Origin: Eledone cirrhosa
Taxonomy: Eukaryota
DNA length: 64,000 bases
Assembly (NCBI GenBank): GCA_964016885.1
Contig: OZ024743.1
Location: 19,902,001-19,966,000 of the forward strand
Direction of reading: 5' to 3'
How positions within the stretch are numbered: position 1 is the first letter of the stretch; every line of letters begins with the position of its first letter. Position numbers and translations under genes: made by a program. The notes beneath the pieces were generated by a model that worked only from the letters and a program-made list of their open reading frames with translations, was not told the DNA's origin and searched no databases. Shown here in pieces: positions 27,532 to 40,892 of the stretch.

Positions 27532-28683
27532 AGTGAATGTGAAAGACTAAAGGCCATTGAAATTCTCTGGACTTCGCAAAATACATAAGATTTTTTATTG
27601 GAGAAGGTAAGATATTTTTACGCAAAAATTTGATTGCACTCTTTTGTTTCCACTCATCTATATTTTGAAAATGTTATTTATTCATTATAAAAATTCAATG
27701 ATAGCATTCCATATGTAGGTGGGCCCCCCTTCATCTGGCAACCAATATTTTTAGACCTAGTCCGCCTTATATATATATATAATGCCAATCATTGTAAGTT
27801 TGAATCTAACTGACATGCAAAAAATATTTATAGGAATAGGTAAGCCCAAATCATAGTAGATTCAAATATCACAGAGAGAAAAAGAAAGAGAAAGAGAGAG
27901 GGGGGGGGGATAGAAATGAGGTGCAACAAAAATGAAACAAGGATTACAGGTTAAAATATAGTCTAGATAGATGTGAAACAAAACGATGATGTATATTATG
28001 GAACACCCTAATGATTTAGAAGTCGACCTTAAATAGGAGCAATAATATTAAGAAAGACATGAACGAAACAACAACACTTTGTTTTGAAAATTTTGAATGT
28101 AGGTTTATAAGTATGAATTTGCACGCAATGTTCGTAGTTGTCTCTGTGGCCTAGGGGCAGGTACTACAGACGGTGGTGATCTTTGCCTTGGGTTCAATCC
28201 CGGTCAAGAGGTACATGTAACGTTTTTTATTTTACAACCAAAAATTGAAAAGGCTTACGGGGAACCCTACTCCCGACCAGGATAGAACTTCAGACCAGGA
28301 TCACCACCGTCTATGATTCCTCCAACTAGGCCACCAAGTCAGCTACGAAAGTATAATGAAAATTGATAATTATAAACCTACTTTCAAAATCAAAGTTTAA
28401 AAGATGTGGTGTCGTTCATGGCTTTCCTAGAGCTATTAGTAATATTTAGGGTCGACTTCTGGTCATTATGGAAAATCTCTGGATTTCGCAAAATACATAA
28501 TTTTTTTATTGGAGAAGGTTAGATATTTTTCCGCAAGAATTTGATTGCACTGTTTTGTTTCCACTTATGTATTTTTCGAAAATGTTATTTATTCATTATA
28601 AAAATTAAATGATAGCCTTCTATATGTAGGTGGGCCCCCTTCAACTCCTGGCAACCAATATTTTTAGAACCAGTCCGCCACTG
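26716..28683. mobile_element. Non-autonomous hAT-like DNA transposon inserted in a SINE-like repeat, with a duplicated right end and nested insertions
   Basis: TIRs CAGTGGTGGACTGG (26716) and CCAGTCCGCCACTG (28670-28683). Degenerate 8-bp flanks tgcatagg/ctcgtagg. 27558-27766 resembles 28472-28679. Confidence 0.65.
27995..28471. repeat. Diverged inverted repeat with a tRNA-like Pol III cassette in each arm
   Basis: AGAAGTCGACC/GGTCGACTTCT, TAGGTTTATAA/TTATAAACCTA, AGACGGTGGTGATC/GATCACCACCGTCT. A box TGGCCTAG, B box GGTTCAATCC, then TTTTTT. Confidence 0.7.
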
Positions 28684-29086
28684 CTCGTAGGTGGCTACTG
28701 GTCTTCCACAAACAACATTTCCCAGATTTGTGCCTCGGTGGGAAATTTTCTAGCTGCAAATCTCATGGCAATTCATGACTGAAGCGGGGTCTTTACTTCA
28801 TAGCGAATAAAATTAAAAGAGTCTTCACTAAAATAGTAGCGTTTAATGATGTATTGGGTATGAATCAGTTGTAACACATTGACAGACAGTTTATCCAGAA
28901 GAACTTAAGATTAACAGCCAACTTATTCAGTAGAAATAAGTTTCATATACATACATACATGCATACATACATACATACATACATACATACATACATACAT
29001 ACATACATACATACATACATACATACATACATACATACATACGTTTCTACATACACACACACAAATATATATATATATATATATAT

Positions 29087-29427
<341 letters not shown>

Positions 29428-31183
29428 TTGTGTTTTTTGCATGTATGTATATATATATATGTATATATGTATTTGCCTTATGTGTATGTCTGTGCGACTT
29501 TTGTTTGTTTCTCATTTCCTACCTTATAATTCATCGCTAATATCATGTATCCATTTATTCAGATATTGAGCTTCATAAAACACTTAGCAATTCCGTTATT
29601 TCGAATTTCCAATACACAACCATTTTTTTTTTTTTTTTTAATATTGTATTTGCAAATATCGACTACAAGTTCTGCATGAAATAAATTTTATTTCATTTTT
29701 TTTCTTTTACTTTTCCATACTCATCAGTCTTGTATTCTTCTTTCTAATCTATATATTCGTTCATCGAAGCTCATGTGTTTATAGATGTGATATGGAATTG
29801 CTAAAGTATTGAAAAAAATATGTAACAATTCCTCTTGAAATGCTATTTGTTTACTTCTTAAAGTGTGCATGAGCTATTACGGCATGTTATGTTTCCGATA
29901 AAGAAACGCTAGAAAATATTGCACCTTATTCTTTTATTACTATTTGCATTGAGCTCCACCCGAATGGTGGGTGTGATAATAAGAATGATTTGTCACGAAG
30001 CCAAATTGTGGGAAAAGTCAGAGCTGATATTAATCGAATTCAATATTTCACTGGTACTTATTTTCTCCATCACTAAATATTTCAACACGCGTTCTACACA
30101 GCCAAGTGGAACTCTAACGTTATGGGAAAACGAGGAAGTATCTATGTGATCGCTCAGCTTGCTAGAAATAGCAAGCACATCTCACTAATATCATCACACA
30201 CTGCTGTTCTAAAAATTGGATAGTGTATTCCTAGATAGAAAACAAAACACGAAAATCACAGAGTCGTTGGTAGATTGGCTTGAATGTTTTGAGCAATTTT
30301 TTAGGCTCTCTGCGCTCTGAGTTCAAATCCTGCCGAGATTAACTTTCTTCTTGTAATTTCGGGGCTGATAAATAATGTGCTCGTCAATTCTTCCTTCTTT
30401 ACTCTTTCGTTCCCTCTCAATGACTTAGCTGTAGTTGACAACACGCTGTCTTGTAAAATAAACACCTGAAGGAATTCGACAGGAAACAAGCTTTGTATTT
30501 TCCCACATTTTCACAAGAGAAGACATCTCTCACCCACCCCAAAGTGGGAGGGAGATCTCCCCGTCGGACGGGGAGAGTTGACAGGTCTGCTATCTAACTG
30601 ATTTTGTTGTTGTATACGGCCAACCCTTAACTAATCCAGCTCAGTGATCTAATCCATCTACATACAAATATGTAATAAATAAACATCACCACAGCGACAG
30701 CAGTACAAATGAATTGCATGTCGGTTCATTTCGTCATATCTTGCATGCAGACAGGCAGATAGTTAAGTAGATACATACAGACAGACATATATATGTACAC
30801 ATCTATGTATATCTTTCACAAACAAACCTTGCCAAGGCTTGTGCTTCGGAGTGACAAGTAGTTCATTAGCTTTAAGTGCTCGCTATGTTCTACTGTTCCT
30901 GGAGAGAGTGTTTATCTTTCCAGGATAATTTGATCAAAATATACACTAGAGGAAAACAGATCTTTCGTGGGTAGAGGGTATTGCAATCCTATGGGTTAAA
31001 CGATTTCCTATATTTGGTGTTGATTGCAATTATTTTGACCGAATTTAATAATATAACTATATAACATTAAATGTATATTTGGAGCTAAATAACAAGTTCT
31101 AGGTAAGCTATGTGCAAACAGAACTGATGGTCCGATTCCAGTTCTCCACGAAAACCGTCGCTTTGCCAAGATTATTAATATCC

Positions 31184-31372
31184 GTGGATTGGCAGTATCG
31201 GTAGAGGGTCGGACGCCATACCTTGCAGCATAGAGTTACGGCCCTTTATGATCTGAGTTCAAATCCCGCAGAGGTTAACTTTGCCTTTCATCCTTATGGG
31301 GTTGATAAAATAAAGTACCAGTAATGCACTGGGGTAATTGCTGGCCTTGTGCCAAAAGTAAAAATAATTATT
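31184..31372 (+). mobile_element. tRNA-derived SINE family A with 13-bp TSD
   Basis: ATTATTAATATCC at 31171-31183 and 31367-31379. Confidence 0.88.
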
Positions 31373-33039
31373 AATATCCATTAAGAGAGCATAAAAGTCA
31401 AAATACCTCATGCCGTCTCGTGAAAATATTGGTCAGGAGCTAATCCAAAGTAAACTTATATAGATAGACAGAAAGGACTGTAACCAACATTTTATCGTTA
31501 GACTATTAAAAATTTGACTAAAACACTATGTAATGTTATGAGATTTACACGATAATTTAATGAAATAAAATTCCTGTTAAATGTTTGAAAAAATATATTT
31601 ACTAGATTTGAGACAAAGAAAATTCTTTGCTTTCTAAAATTAGAATTGCTTATTTCTTTTTGCTTGTTTAAAAACAAATAGAATTATTTCCATTTAGTAT
31701 TTAAGTGAAGTATTTGTACTGAATTTTAGAGTTTGCTTAAGATATGAATGAGTTTCCAGTTGATCTCATTACTCGCAGAGATTTTTGTTTGGGTTACTTA
31801 GCAATCACTCTGAACCCTTCCAACGTTATAAAACATTCACACAGAACCAACCCACGTTGGCGTCAACAACGATAGAGAACAACGTTCAGTTTACCTTACC
31901 TAACAATTCAGACATCATATTGGTTGTTTAATGGGAATCTGAGTTAGTGAAGCTGAAAGATATGGGCTTTATGTTTTAGCTTTCTTAAAAACCGTTATTT
32001 TGCTTCACTTGTGTGTCTTTAGCAGATTACTTTTAGATACAAATATAATCAATTGCCTGCGCTATTTGATTTTTTTATATTTTTTCCTATTATATTTCTT
32101 TTTATGTCTTGAATTTTATTACATTTATAGTTTTATTTGATAGTTTTTCAGTTCCTGCTTGGTACTTTACCAAAACATGGTATTTACACTATTGACACTC
32201 AACAGAATTATCATCTAAACTGCTCGTTTATAGCTAAAAGTTGCATGATGCTTTTCCTTTCGTTCTTTTATATTACTTAATATCTCTTGTAACGGAGGAA
32301 ATGGAAAAGCTCTTAGAATTTTACCTAATCTTTCAGCATTCCAATTATTTATATTTATATTTAATAACTATCATATTTCAAGTTTGTATACATTTGTAAA
32401 ACTGATAAATTTTCAAATATATACATATATATGTGTGTGCGCATGTGTGTGTCTATGTCTCTGTGTGTGTGTATGTGTATGTATGTATGCGCATATATAC
32501 ATTTATATTTATATATATATATGCGCATGTATATATTTGTATTTATATATGTGCATATATACACATTATGTGTATATATATTTATTTTTATATGGGTAGT
32601 AGTAATAGAAGTGGTAATAGTTTCACTCATCATAAACCTAAATCTACGCGAACACACACACACAAAGTTGCGCCCCCCCCCGAACACACACACGCACATA
32701 CACACACACATATACACAATGCTTGAAGTGATTTCTTTCGTTGCAGATACATTGCGAGTGTAAAGATAGTACGAGTGATTATCTGATATATCCTTTTAAA
32801 ACATAGTGAATGAGACTTACATTGAACGTTTTATATTAATATGACAGTTGAATAAATACTAGCCAAAGCATTAATACACATACTTAAAGGATTCAAATAG
32901 TTAAATTAAAATTAATATTAAGTTGTAGACTTAATACGCTACTCTGTGTAACACCTGGCACATGGTTCTCCAAATGTTTCCTACAATGTTGAATCTGTTG
33001 CTGTTATTTCAACTAGGGGACTGTTTCGAGGATAACCCA

Positions 33040-33328
33040 TCAATTATGATTATTTCTACTCCCTCCCCAGGCAATTAACGAGCAAGTGTCTGAGCATTTA
33101 ATAGACGCGTGTACCTTAACGTAGCTCTCGGAAAGTTTCAGTGTAAAAAAGAGTGTGATAAGGCCAGCTCTTTGAATTATTGGTAAAACTCGTTTCCCCA
33201 GTTGAGTGAACTGGAGCAATGTAAAATAGAGTGTCTTGTTCAAGGGCTCAATACCCCACATGGAATCGAACTCCCAACAGTACTCTCATGAGCCGAGCAC
33301 TTTAACTACTAAGCAATGCGTCTTCACC
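33040..33328 (-). mobile_element. tRNA-derived SINE family B (CORE-like central domain); related copies at about 47915-48070 (-) and 58700-58800 (+)
   Basis: Minus strand: TGCTTAGTAGTTAAAGTG..GAGTTCGATTCC..CCTTGAACAAGACACT..TTGCTCCAGTTCACTCAACTG. Confidence 0.7.
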
Positions 33329-35285
33329 AAAGGTAGTTAATTTGTCACCCAGTTTGAGATCATTACCTGGCTCTTGATTGTATATAGCGGAGTCCACCTT
33401 GTTACACACATTCGGACTAGGTCTCATGCTTGAAGATCGTTTACATCACCCTTCCCTCTCTCTCACATATCTCGGAGACCCTGAAAAGGGTCATTAGTGC
33501 TACCATTCTTTCAGACTAATCGATAATCATAAAGGCAAAATGTATTAATTACTGACTAAATATAGTCTGGGATTAAATACTGGAGTAGCGTCACAGGTCT
33601 CAAAGGATTTGAACTCAATACTCAAATGTTTCTAGCTGATTTTCGTTGATGTTGTCATTAATATTCCATCAACCCAATTTGTATAGTCATATTACACAGA
33701 TTCGGGGCTCAGGATTTCAATGCCAACATTTAGTTGCCGCCACAATGTAAAGTCCGCCATGATAGACAATGATATGTATTGATTTATTGTTCAGGCTGAA
33801 GTGTGACATTTAAAGCACGTTGCTTTTGTTGCTCTTGATTATGATAGTGCAGATTGTAATGAATGGATGGAGCTGTAACTTCTGTTGGAATAGTAGAGGC
33901 ACCGTAGTGTCATACGGCGGGTCTTGGACATTCAAACCTACGAGAGCCCATCCCTCTCCAGATCTGAACACTGTTGGTCTCTTCAAGAGGGGTGGAGAGG
34001 AAGTGAGAGAAAAGAAGTGAGAAAGATGTTGAGGAAGAATCGACGCCGGTACTGGATTGATATATTTATATTGATCTTGAAAGGATGACAAGTAAAGTTG
34101 ACCTCAACAGGATTTGAACTCAGGGGACAGATAGACAAAACGATAACCACAAAACATTGAGATAGTGACGCTGACATTTATTAGCATCAACCATATATGT
34201 TTATGCTGAACTATACTCTATTTTTAATAGTCGATAAAACACTTGTCAGGTCTGCTTCAACAGTCATAAAACATTACGTTTGCTGGCTAAATGAAACTTT
34301 TATTGAGATTTCATAACTGTCATTATACTATCTTTAAGAGATGTATCTTAAAATTTAAGGATTAGAATAAGTGTTTTCAACCATGTTTGCCTAATTCTAA
34401 AGATATTCGAGATGAGCCTTGTTAAAGGGAAAATGCTTACTGCTACACCGAGAAGGTTGAATGTTTAAATCAATACACAAAGGCTCTTGTACGAGCTCAT
34501 ATTAATTCAACTGTTTGTGAAGGAGTGCAGTATTTGTGGAAGAGTTTAACATGTGGAAGCGTGGTATAAAAGACACTGAATGTATGAGGATAATGAGGGT
34601 GACAACAAGAAAGACAATGTGGCTGACGACGGTGATGGGGATGAGATAATAATGATAACATTTATGATAATAGTGATGATGATGATGATGATGATGATAT
34701 TCGTAACGATGATGGTAGTGGTGAAGATCACATACACAATGAGGATGTTACAGAATGCAAATAACAATTGATATATGATCCATTACTTAATCAGAGCACT
34801 GAGTTTTTTGTTATTGTTGTTGTTGTTATTTTTCGTTGGTTTTTATGTTGTTTGTGTTTTGTTATCTTTTTCGTTTTTGTGTGATTTTTTTTTTTTTTTG
34901 GGGGGGGGGGGGGGTCTTGGGGTTTTTTGTCTTTGTAGGTTTTTTTTTTCTCTTTGCAGTGAGTTCTGTTGCAGCAAACTAATGCAAATATTTCCAGAAT
35001 CATTGCTTTTTTACTCTTTGTTTTTACGCTTTAATGCTAGAATGTCACCGAATGACATTAATGGCAGTTTTTGTTATTGTTGTTTCTCTGTTGTTATTAT
35101 GGTAGAGGCAGTTGAATGTTTGTTTGTTGTTTCTTTTTAACACTGCCGTAGATAATGTTCTTGTTGGTGTTATTGTTCTTGTTACTGTGGTGATTGTAGT
35201 TATTGTTGCTGTTACCATTATTATTCTTGTTTTGCTACTCTTATTCTTATTCTTATTCTTATTCTTCTTATTCTTACTCTTCTTC

Positions 35286-35335
<50 letters not shown>

Positions 35336-35788
35336 GCTTCTGTTGCCTGACATATCTGTTAGTTGCTTATTTCTCTGTTCTTGCTATCTCTGTCCTAGAA
35401 ATAAGTTTTATTAAATAGACCAAGAGTCCATTTCCTTTGACAGTATCAAATGTTTTTATTTTGTTTTTATTTTTTTTCAAACTTTTTTTAACTTAAACAT
35501 AAGATCAACTCCACTACCACAATCCCCACCACCACCATTACTCCTCTCAATCTCACTCTCTCACATTCTCTTTCTCTCTGTCACAACCACAAAGATGGAC
35601 ATAAATAGCGAAAGACTCTACTACTTCCCAGTCACTCTCTCAAATACTCTGATTAATGCCTTTGTTTTCCTCTTTATGCATCACATATATTTATGCCCCC
35701 CCCCCCCCCCACCTTCTCCTTATTTCTCATAAACTTTTTTGTCTTCGTTTTCCCTTCATACACTCTTTCTCATTTTTCTCTCTCTCTC

Positions 35789-35860
<72 letters not shown>

Positions 35861-36142
35861 GATATGTATATATACATGTAGATATGTATATATATATATA
35901 TGTATATATATATTTATATATATATGTATATATATGTATATATATATATATTTATATATATATATATATAAATATATATATGTATATATATATGTATATA
36001 TATATATATATATACATGTGTATATATATATATATATATGTAAATATATATATATGTAAATACATATATATGTATATATATATGTATATATATATATGTG
36101 TGTGTATATATATATATAAATATACACGTGTGTGTGTATATA

Positions 36143-36197
<55 letters not shown>

Positions 36198-36653
36198 TGA
36201 TATGCTGGAGTTCAATTATTTTCATGTGATTTATAACCTTTTAAGCCATCCCAGATTACATTTCTTATCAGAATCTACATAATATTCATCATACTATTAC
36301 ATTCAGCTATCATCTACCACTGGAGGTATTAGTAAATTTGTCGACTAGAGAATAAGATAGATGGGTTACACCCAATTGATGGCCGAATGTTACAAGCTGA
36401 TAGCCACCGTGACACATAGCTATCTGATTTATTTGATAACTGATCATTTCTAAGTAAACACATTTTATACAATTCCTGTGTAGGCGTATGTGGATGTGGA
36501 TGTCTGGCCCTGTATATTTGCATTTATGTGTGCATGCTGTGTGTGAATGATTGCATTTTATATAAAAAATTACTTCATATTATATACAAACACATACATA
36601 TATATATATATACAGTATATGTATGCGGGTGTGTATGTATATATATACACATA

Positions 36654-36745
<92 letters not shown>

Positions 36746-36751
<6 letters not shown>

Positions 36752-36824
36752 TGTTTAACCCCGACAGCAGAGCTCAAGCCGTTTCGACGGAACCGTCGAA
36801 ACAGCTTGAGCTCTGCCGTCGGGG
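36746..36824 (+). mobile_element. Palindromic short element, copy 3 (centre deleted)
   Basis: ccccgacagcagagctcaagccgtttcgacgg-aa-ccgtcgaaacagcttgagctctgccgtcgggg. Confidence 0.85.
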
Positions 36825-36915
36825 ATATACATATATATAAATATCTATGGGTGTATATATATATATAATTATATATATATATAATTATATATATATATAT
36901 AATTATATATATATA

Positions 36916-36999
<84 letters not shown>

Positions 37000-37009
37000 T
37001 ACTTAAGGT

Positions 37010-38280
37010 AAATATTGATGCAATTCAATTCAAGCACTCAACGTACTTTTGCCACATAGGAGTGATGGAATATATTTCAAATAAGAAAAAGCGAAGTAGT
37101 TTCAGATGTTAAAGTCCTTTAATGATAATGCTGTGATACATATTTCAATGTGACAGTGGCCACACTGTTCGGTGCGCCCAGTGCCGTGACATCATCAGAC
37201 AGTTCCTTACATAATAAGGTTATGTTTCCGAGGCAATCCAAATTGAATCGACATGGGAACGGACAAAGCGTGTGCTCTTGAATTCTTCGCCCGTTCCCTT
37301 GTAAGTTTCAATTCACCCGGAACGGTCTGCGCAGGCGCAAGTCCGAAAGAAGTTGACCATCAACTACCCTAAATTTCTACGAAACTCGCCTAGGCAGGTT
37401 CCCCACCCAACCAAACAATCACCCCATCCAGGTCTGTAATATGACACGGTTATAGTTTACTGCAAGCCACCCTGCCAGTGGCACTTGGCCGAAAGCTAGT
37501 GGGGGTGGGAGTGTATGAGTTTCAATAGGTCTCAATACTACCCCTGAATTAAGCATGGACAGTAGGATTGACCATCACCCGCTAAGAGAATATATACTTA
37601 TTTCTAGGTATTATGGTTTCACTCTGGATATTATGATTGAGAATTAGAAATTAAAACTAAAAATTAAAAATAAAAAAAATTACAAGTCAATTCTTGATTG
37701 AAGTGAGTAAAAAAGTTTATGTATATATAATAACTAATAAATAGGGAGATGTTTAAATTATAGTAAGAAGGATCAATATTACAGATATATTATCCATATA
37801 TTGCACGATAGAACTACAGTACAATAGAACTACAGTATGAAACGTAGTAGTTAGGCAAATACATAGTTAATATCTCTATCACATGAATCAAAACAAAAAA
37901 TACAAAATATAAAATACACAAAAAATACAAAAAATACAAAAAATACAAAAAATAAATAGATGCAAAATGAGATAGGAGATATATATGTAAAATGAGATAG
38001 GAGATATATATGAGAAACATATACGAGGAAGGTAAACAGTATGGAAATGAGGGTATAAGTGGTTAAGATGATTGTCAATTTTGTCCATTTAAAGTGCATA
38101 TAAAAATTCGTTATACAATGAAGTGAGGGAGCTTCCATTCAAGGCCTCTGTGCAAATGCAATTTGGTGCAGGAAAATAGGGGTTTATCGTTGTTTTTAGT
38201 TCCGCGTATTTATCCTGTCGAAAGTTAGTTTATAATTTTGTGCGTCTAGTATCAGGGATGTCGCCTTTTCTAATTCTATA
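37010..38280 (-). mobile_element. ~1.3-kb non-coding element between (TA)n tracts with a hammerhead at 37131-37202
   Basis: ctgt-CTGATGA-tgtcacgg...ctgtcacatt-GAAA-tatgta-TC-acag; no ORF. Confidence 0.6.
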
Positions 38281-38306
38281 TATAATTATATATATATATA
38301 TATAAT

Positions 38307-38392
<86 letters not shown>

Positions 38393-38579
38393 GTGTGTGT
38401 GTGTTTGTGTGTGCATATACATCAAGTGAGAGAATGAGATAAACAGTGTTTTATTACTCTCTCTGATAATTATACTTTATTAATATATTATTCTTTACAA
38501 TAATAAAAACATTTAAACTTATATATACACATGTATGTATATAATGATTTATACATACATACATAAATATATAAACACA

Positions 38580-39020
38580 GCGAGACCTGGGCCATGTCAT
38601 CCGACTGTCTGAATCGGCTCAGAAGAAATGATAGAGCTATGATCCACTGGATGTGCAGTGTGACAACTGAGGATGATATCAGCTCAACTAAGCTCCAGAA
38701 AAGACTGCTGATCGACGACCTCAATGATGTGCTTCACATGAGACGCATATGCTGGTATTGCCATGTTGAGCTCTGTGAAGGGTGGATCAGCAAAGTGATG
38801 AATGCTGATCCAGGAGGCAGTAGAGGCTCAGGAAAACCAAAAAGGACTTGGATAGAGGATGTCTGTCAGTATCAAGCTAGGCTTGACCTGGCCCAAGTGA
38901 GACCAGCGGACAGAAAGACATGGAGTGGGAAGCTAAGAAATGTTGTCAGGCAGGACCCACCCCTACTTGGGTATTAATTGTGTCCTGCATAATCAAAATT
39001 TGGATGATGATGATGATGAT
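38580..39020 (+). mobile_element. 3' fragment of an RTE-clade LINE with (GAT)n tail
   Basis: SETWAM..LRRNDRAMIHWMC..RRICWYCHV..GSRGSGKPKRTW..DRKTW; GATGATGAT at about 39003-39019. Confidence 0.85.
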
Positions 39021-39675
39021 AGATATATATAGCGAGAGAGATATATAAGCATTGGAGTGTTGAGTGAATTTAAATTATTCTAGGGTGTAGAGAACCTTAA
39101 GTGCTGGAAAAAAGCTGTGAAAGATAGCTTACAAAAGTGGGTAAAATACCCTTAGAGCTGGAAGAATTGGACAGCAGCCTCTATAAAAATTCAAACTCTG
39201 TACCTCTACATTTTATAAGCATTTCAACTCACTTGATGCTCCAACGTTTATTTACAAATGGTGTCACATAGAAAAGTTGATATTTAGCTTTAAGATGAGA
39301 CCACTCAATGTAGAAGAAAAAAAGCAATGTTTATATATATGCACGTACACACGTATATATCATATATATTTATATATATACATGATATATATATACATGA
39401 TTATATACATGTGTATGCATATGTGAAACAAAAGGAATGTGTGCATTGATCAATTTAAATCATACATGCTTCTATGTGTTGAGTGTGTGTATGGATGTAA
39501 ATCTGTGTCTGTGTGTGTATGTATATATGTGCAGTGTAGATATATGTATATAAATAGACTATATATGACAGGTATGTATTATCATATCTGAATTTCCAGT
39601 GTGTAGTGTATGTCAATGGCAGTGTGTTTGAAACATTTGGGATTGCAATCTCTTGACTTTATTTTCATCACTCAC

Positions 39676-39898
39676 TCTTGATTGTTTGATGAAGTAAGTA
39701 ATAGAAGTTATCCAGAACAAAGCTTAAATTATCTAGAATTGGCTGACAGTTGTATTCTCTCTGAATCGGACAAAATACTTGCCCAAGACAAACTATATCA
39801 TAAATATGGCAGTGATAGTGTATATCTTCATGAATTCTGCTGAACCCTACCTTCAAGTCTAAGTCCAAGAAATTGGGAAATTGAATGAATCCAGATAC
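39676..39898 (-). CDS. Candidate internal exon of an unidentified host gene
   Basis: Acceptor ttttcttttatcctAG and donor GTGAGT. 223 nt open in phase 0 (VSGFIQFPNFLDLDLKVGFSRIHEDIHYHCHIYDIVCLGQ...). No homology recognised. Confidence 0.35.
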
Positions 39899-40077
39899 CT
39901 AGGATAAAAGAAAAATATTAGTACATCCGTAACAATATGTAGTACTAGTGTCAGAGTACACTAATTTGTCCATTTCAATGTTCATTCTTATCTCTAAAAA
40001 ATAAGCCAATTCATTTCAAAGCTTTAGCCTTTCCCTGTACCACAATACACAGTATTGAATCTGATAGTGAAATAATT

Positions 40078-40260
40078 GTTTCTACGTTAGGCACAAGGCC
40101 AGCAATTATCCAGTGCATTACTGGTACTTTATTTTATCGACCCCGTAAGGATGAAAGGCAAAGTCAACCTCGGCGGGATTTGAACTCAGATCGTAAAGGG
40201 ACGTAACTATGCTGTAAAGCATGGCGTCCGACCCTCTACTGATACTGCCAATCCACCGCC
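40078..40260 (-). mobile_element. tRNA-derived SINE family A with 17-bp TSD
   Basis: CTGATAGTGAAATAATT at 40061-40077 and 40261-40277. Confidence 0.9.
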
Positions 40261-40892
40261 CTGATAGTGAAATAATTATGCTTGAAAAGAAGTTACTTCT
40301 GTTTTTCTTCTTTTTTTTGTGGTGGGTGACAATTGATCTTACATTAAATTAAAATGGAAACAAATAATCCCCCATGGAAGAATTCTGTGGGCTGAAATGT
40401 GTGAAATCGTATGGACTTAGATTCTAGACTGTTAGCGTAAACAAATGTTCTTTATCCTAATATAACTAGTCATGAATTATATAGACTAAGAAAATATCTC
40501 ATAAAATTCTGAGGTTTAAGAATTACAGTTGATATTAATCTTAACACAGTTAATGTTTTAGATATCTCTTTAAACTTAAATATAAATAAATTTATCCTTT
40601 AGCAAAATCAAATAAAACTGTTATTTTTTATATTAATATTTCCGATAAAATATCTGCTCAATTTTTTACGAATACAATTCAAAATATTATGAATCCACTT
40701 CTTTATTAGCCTCTGGCAAAAGAATGCTCATCGGTGCTTCTCATTATCATACCAAGAGTCTCCACAATAGCGACTTTTTTAGATAAAATTCAATATAGTG
40801 CTTGTCACAATGCTGGTCTCAATGAGTAGAAGAAACCAAAATGTATTCAGTGATATAATCCAACATTTATTTTGAATGTAAGAACAAATACT

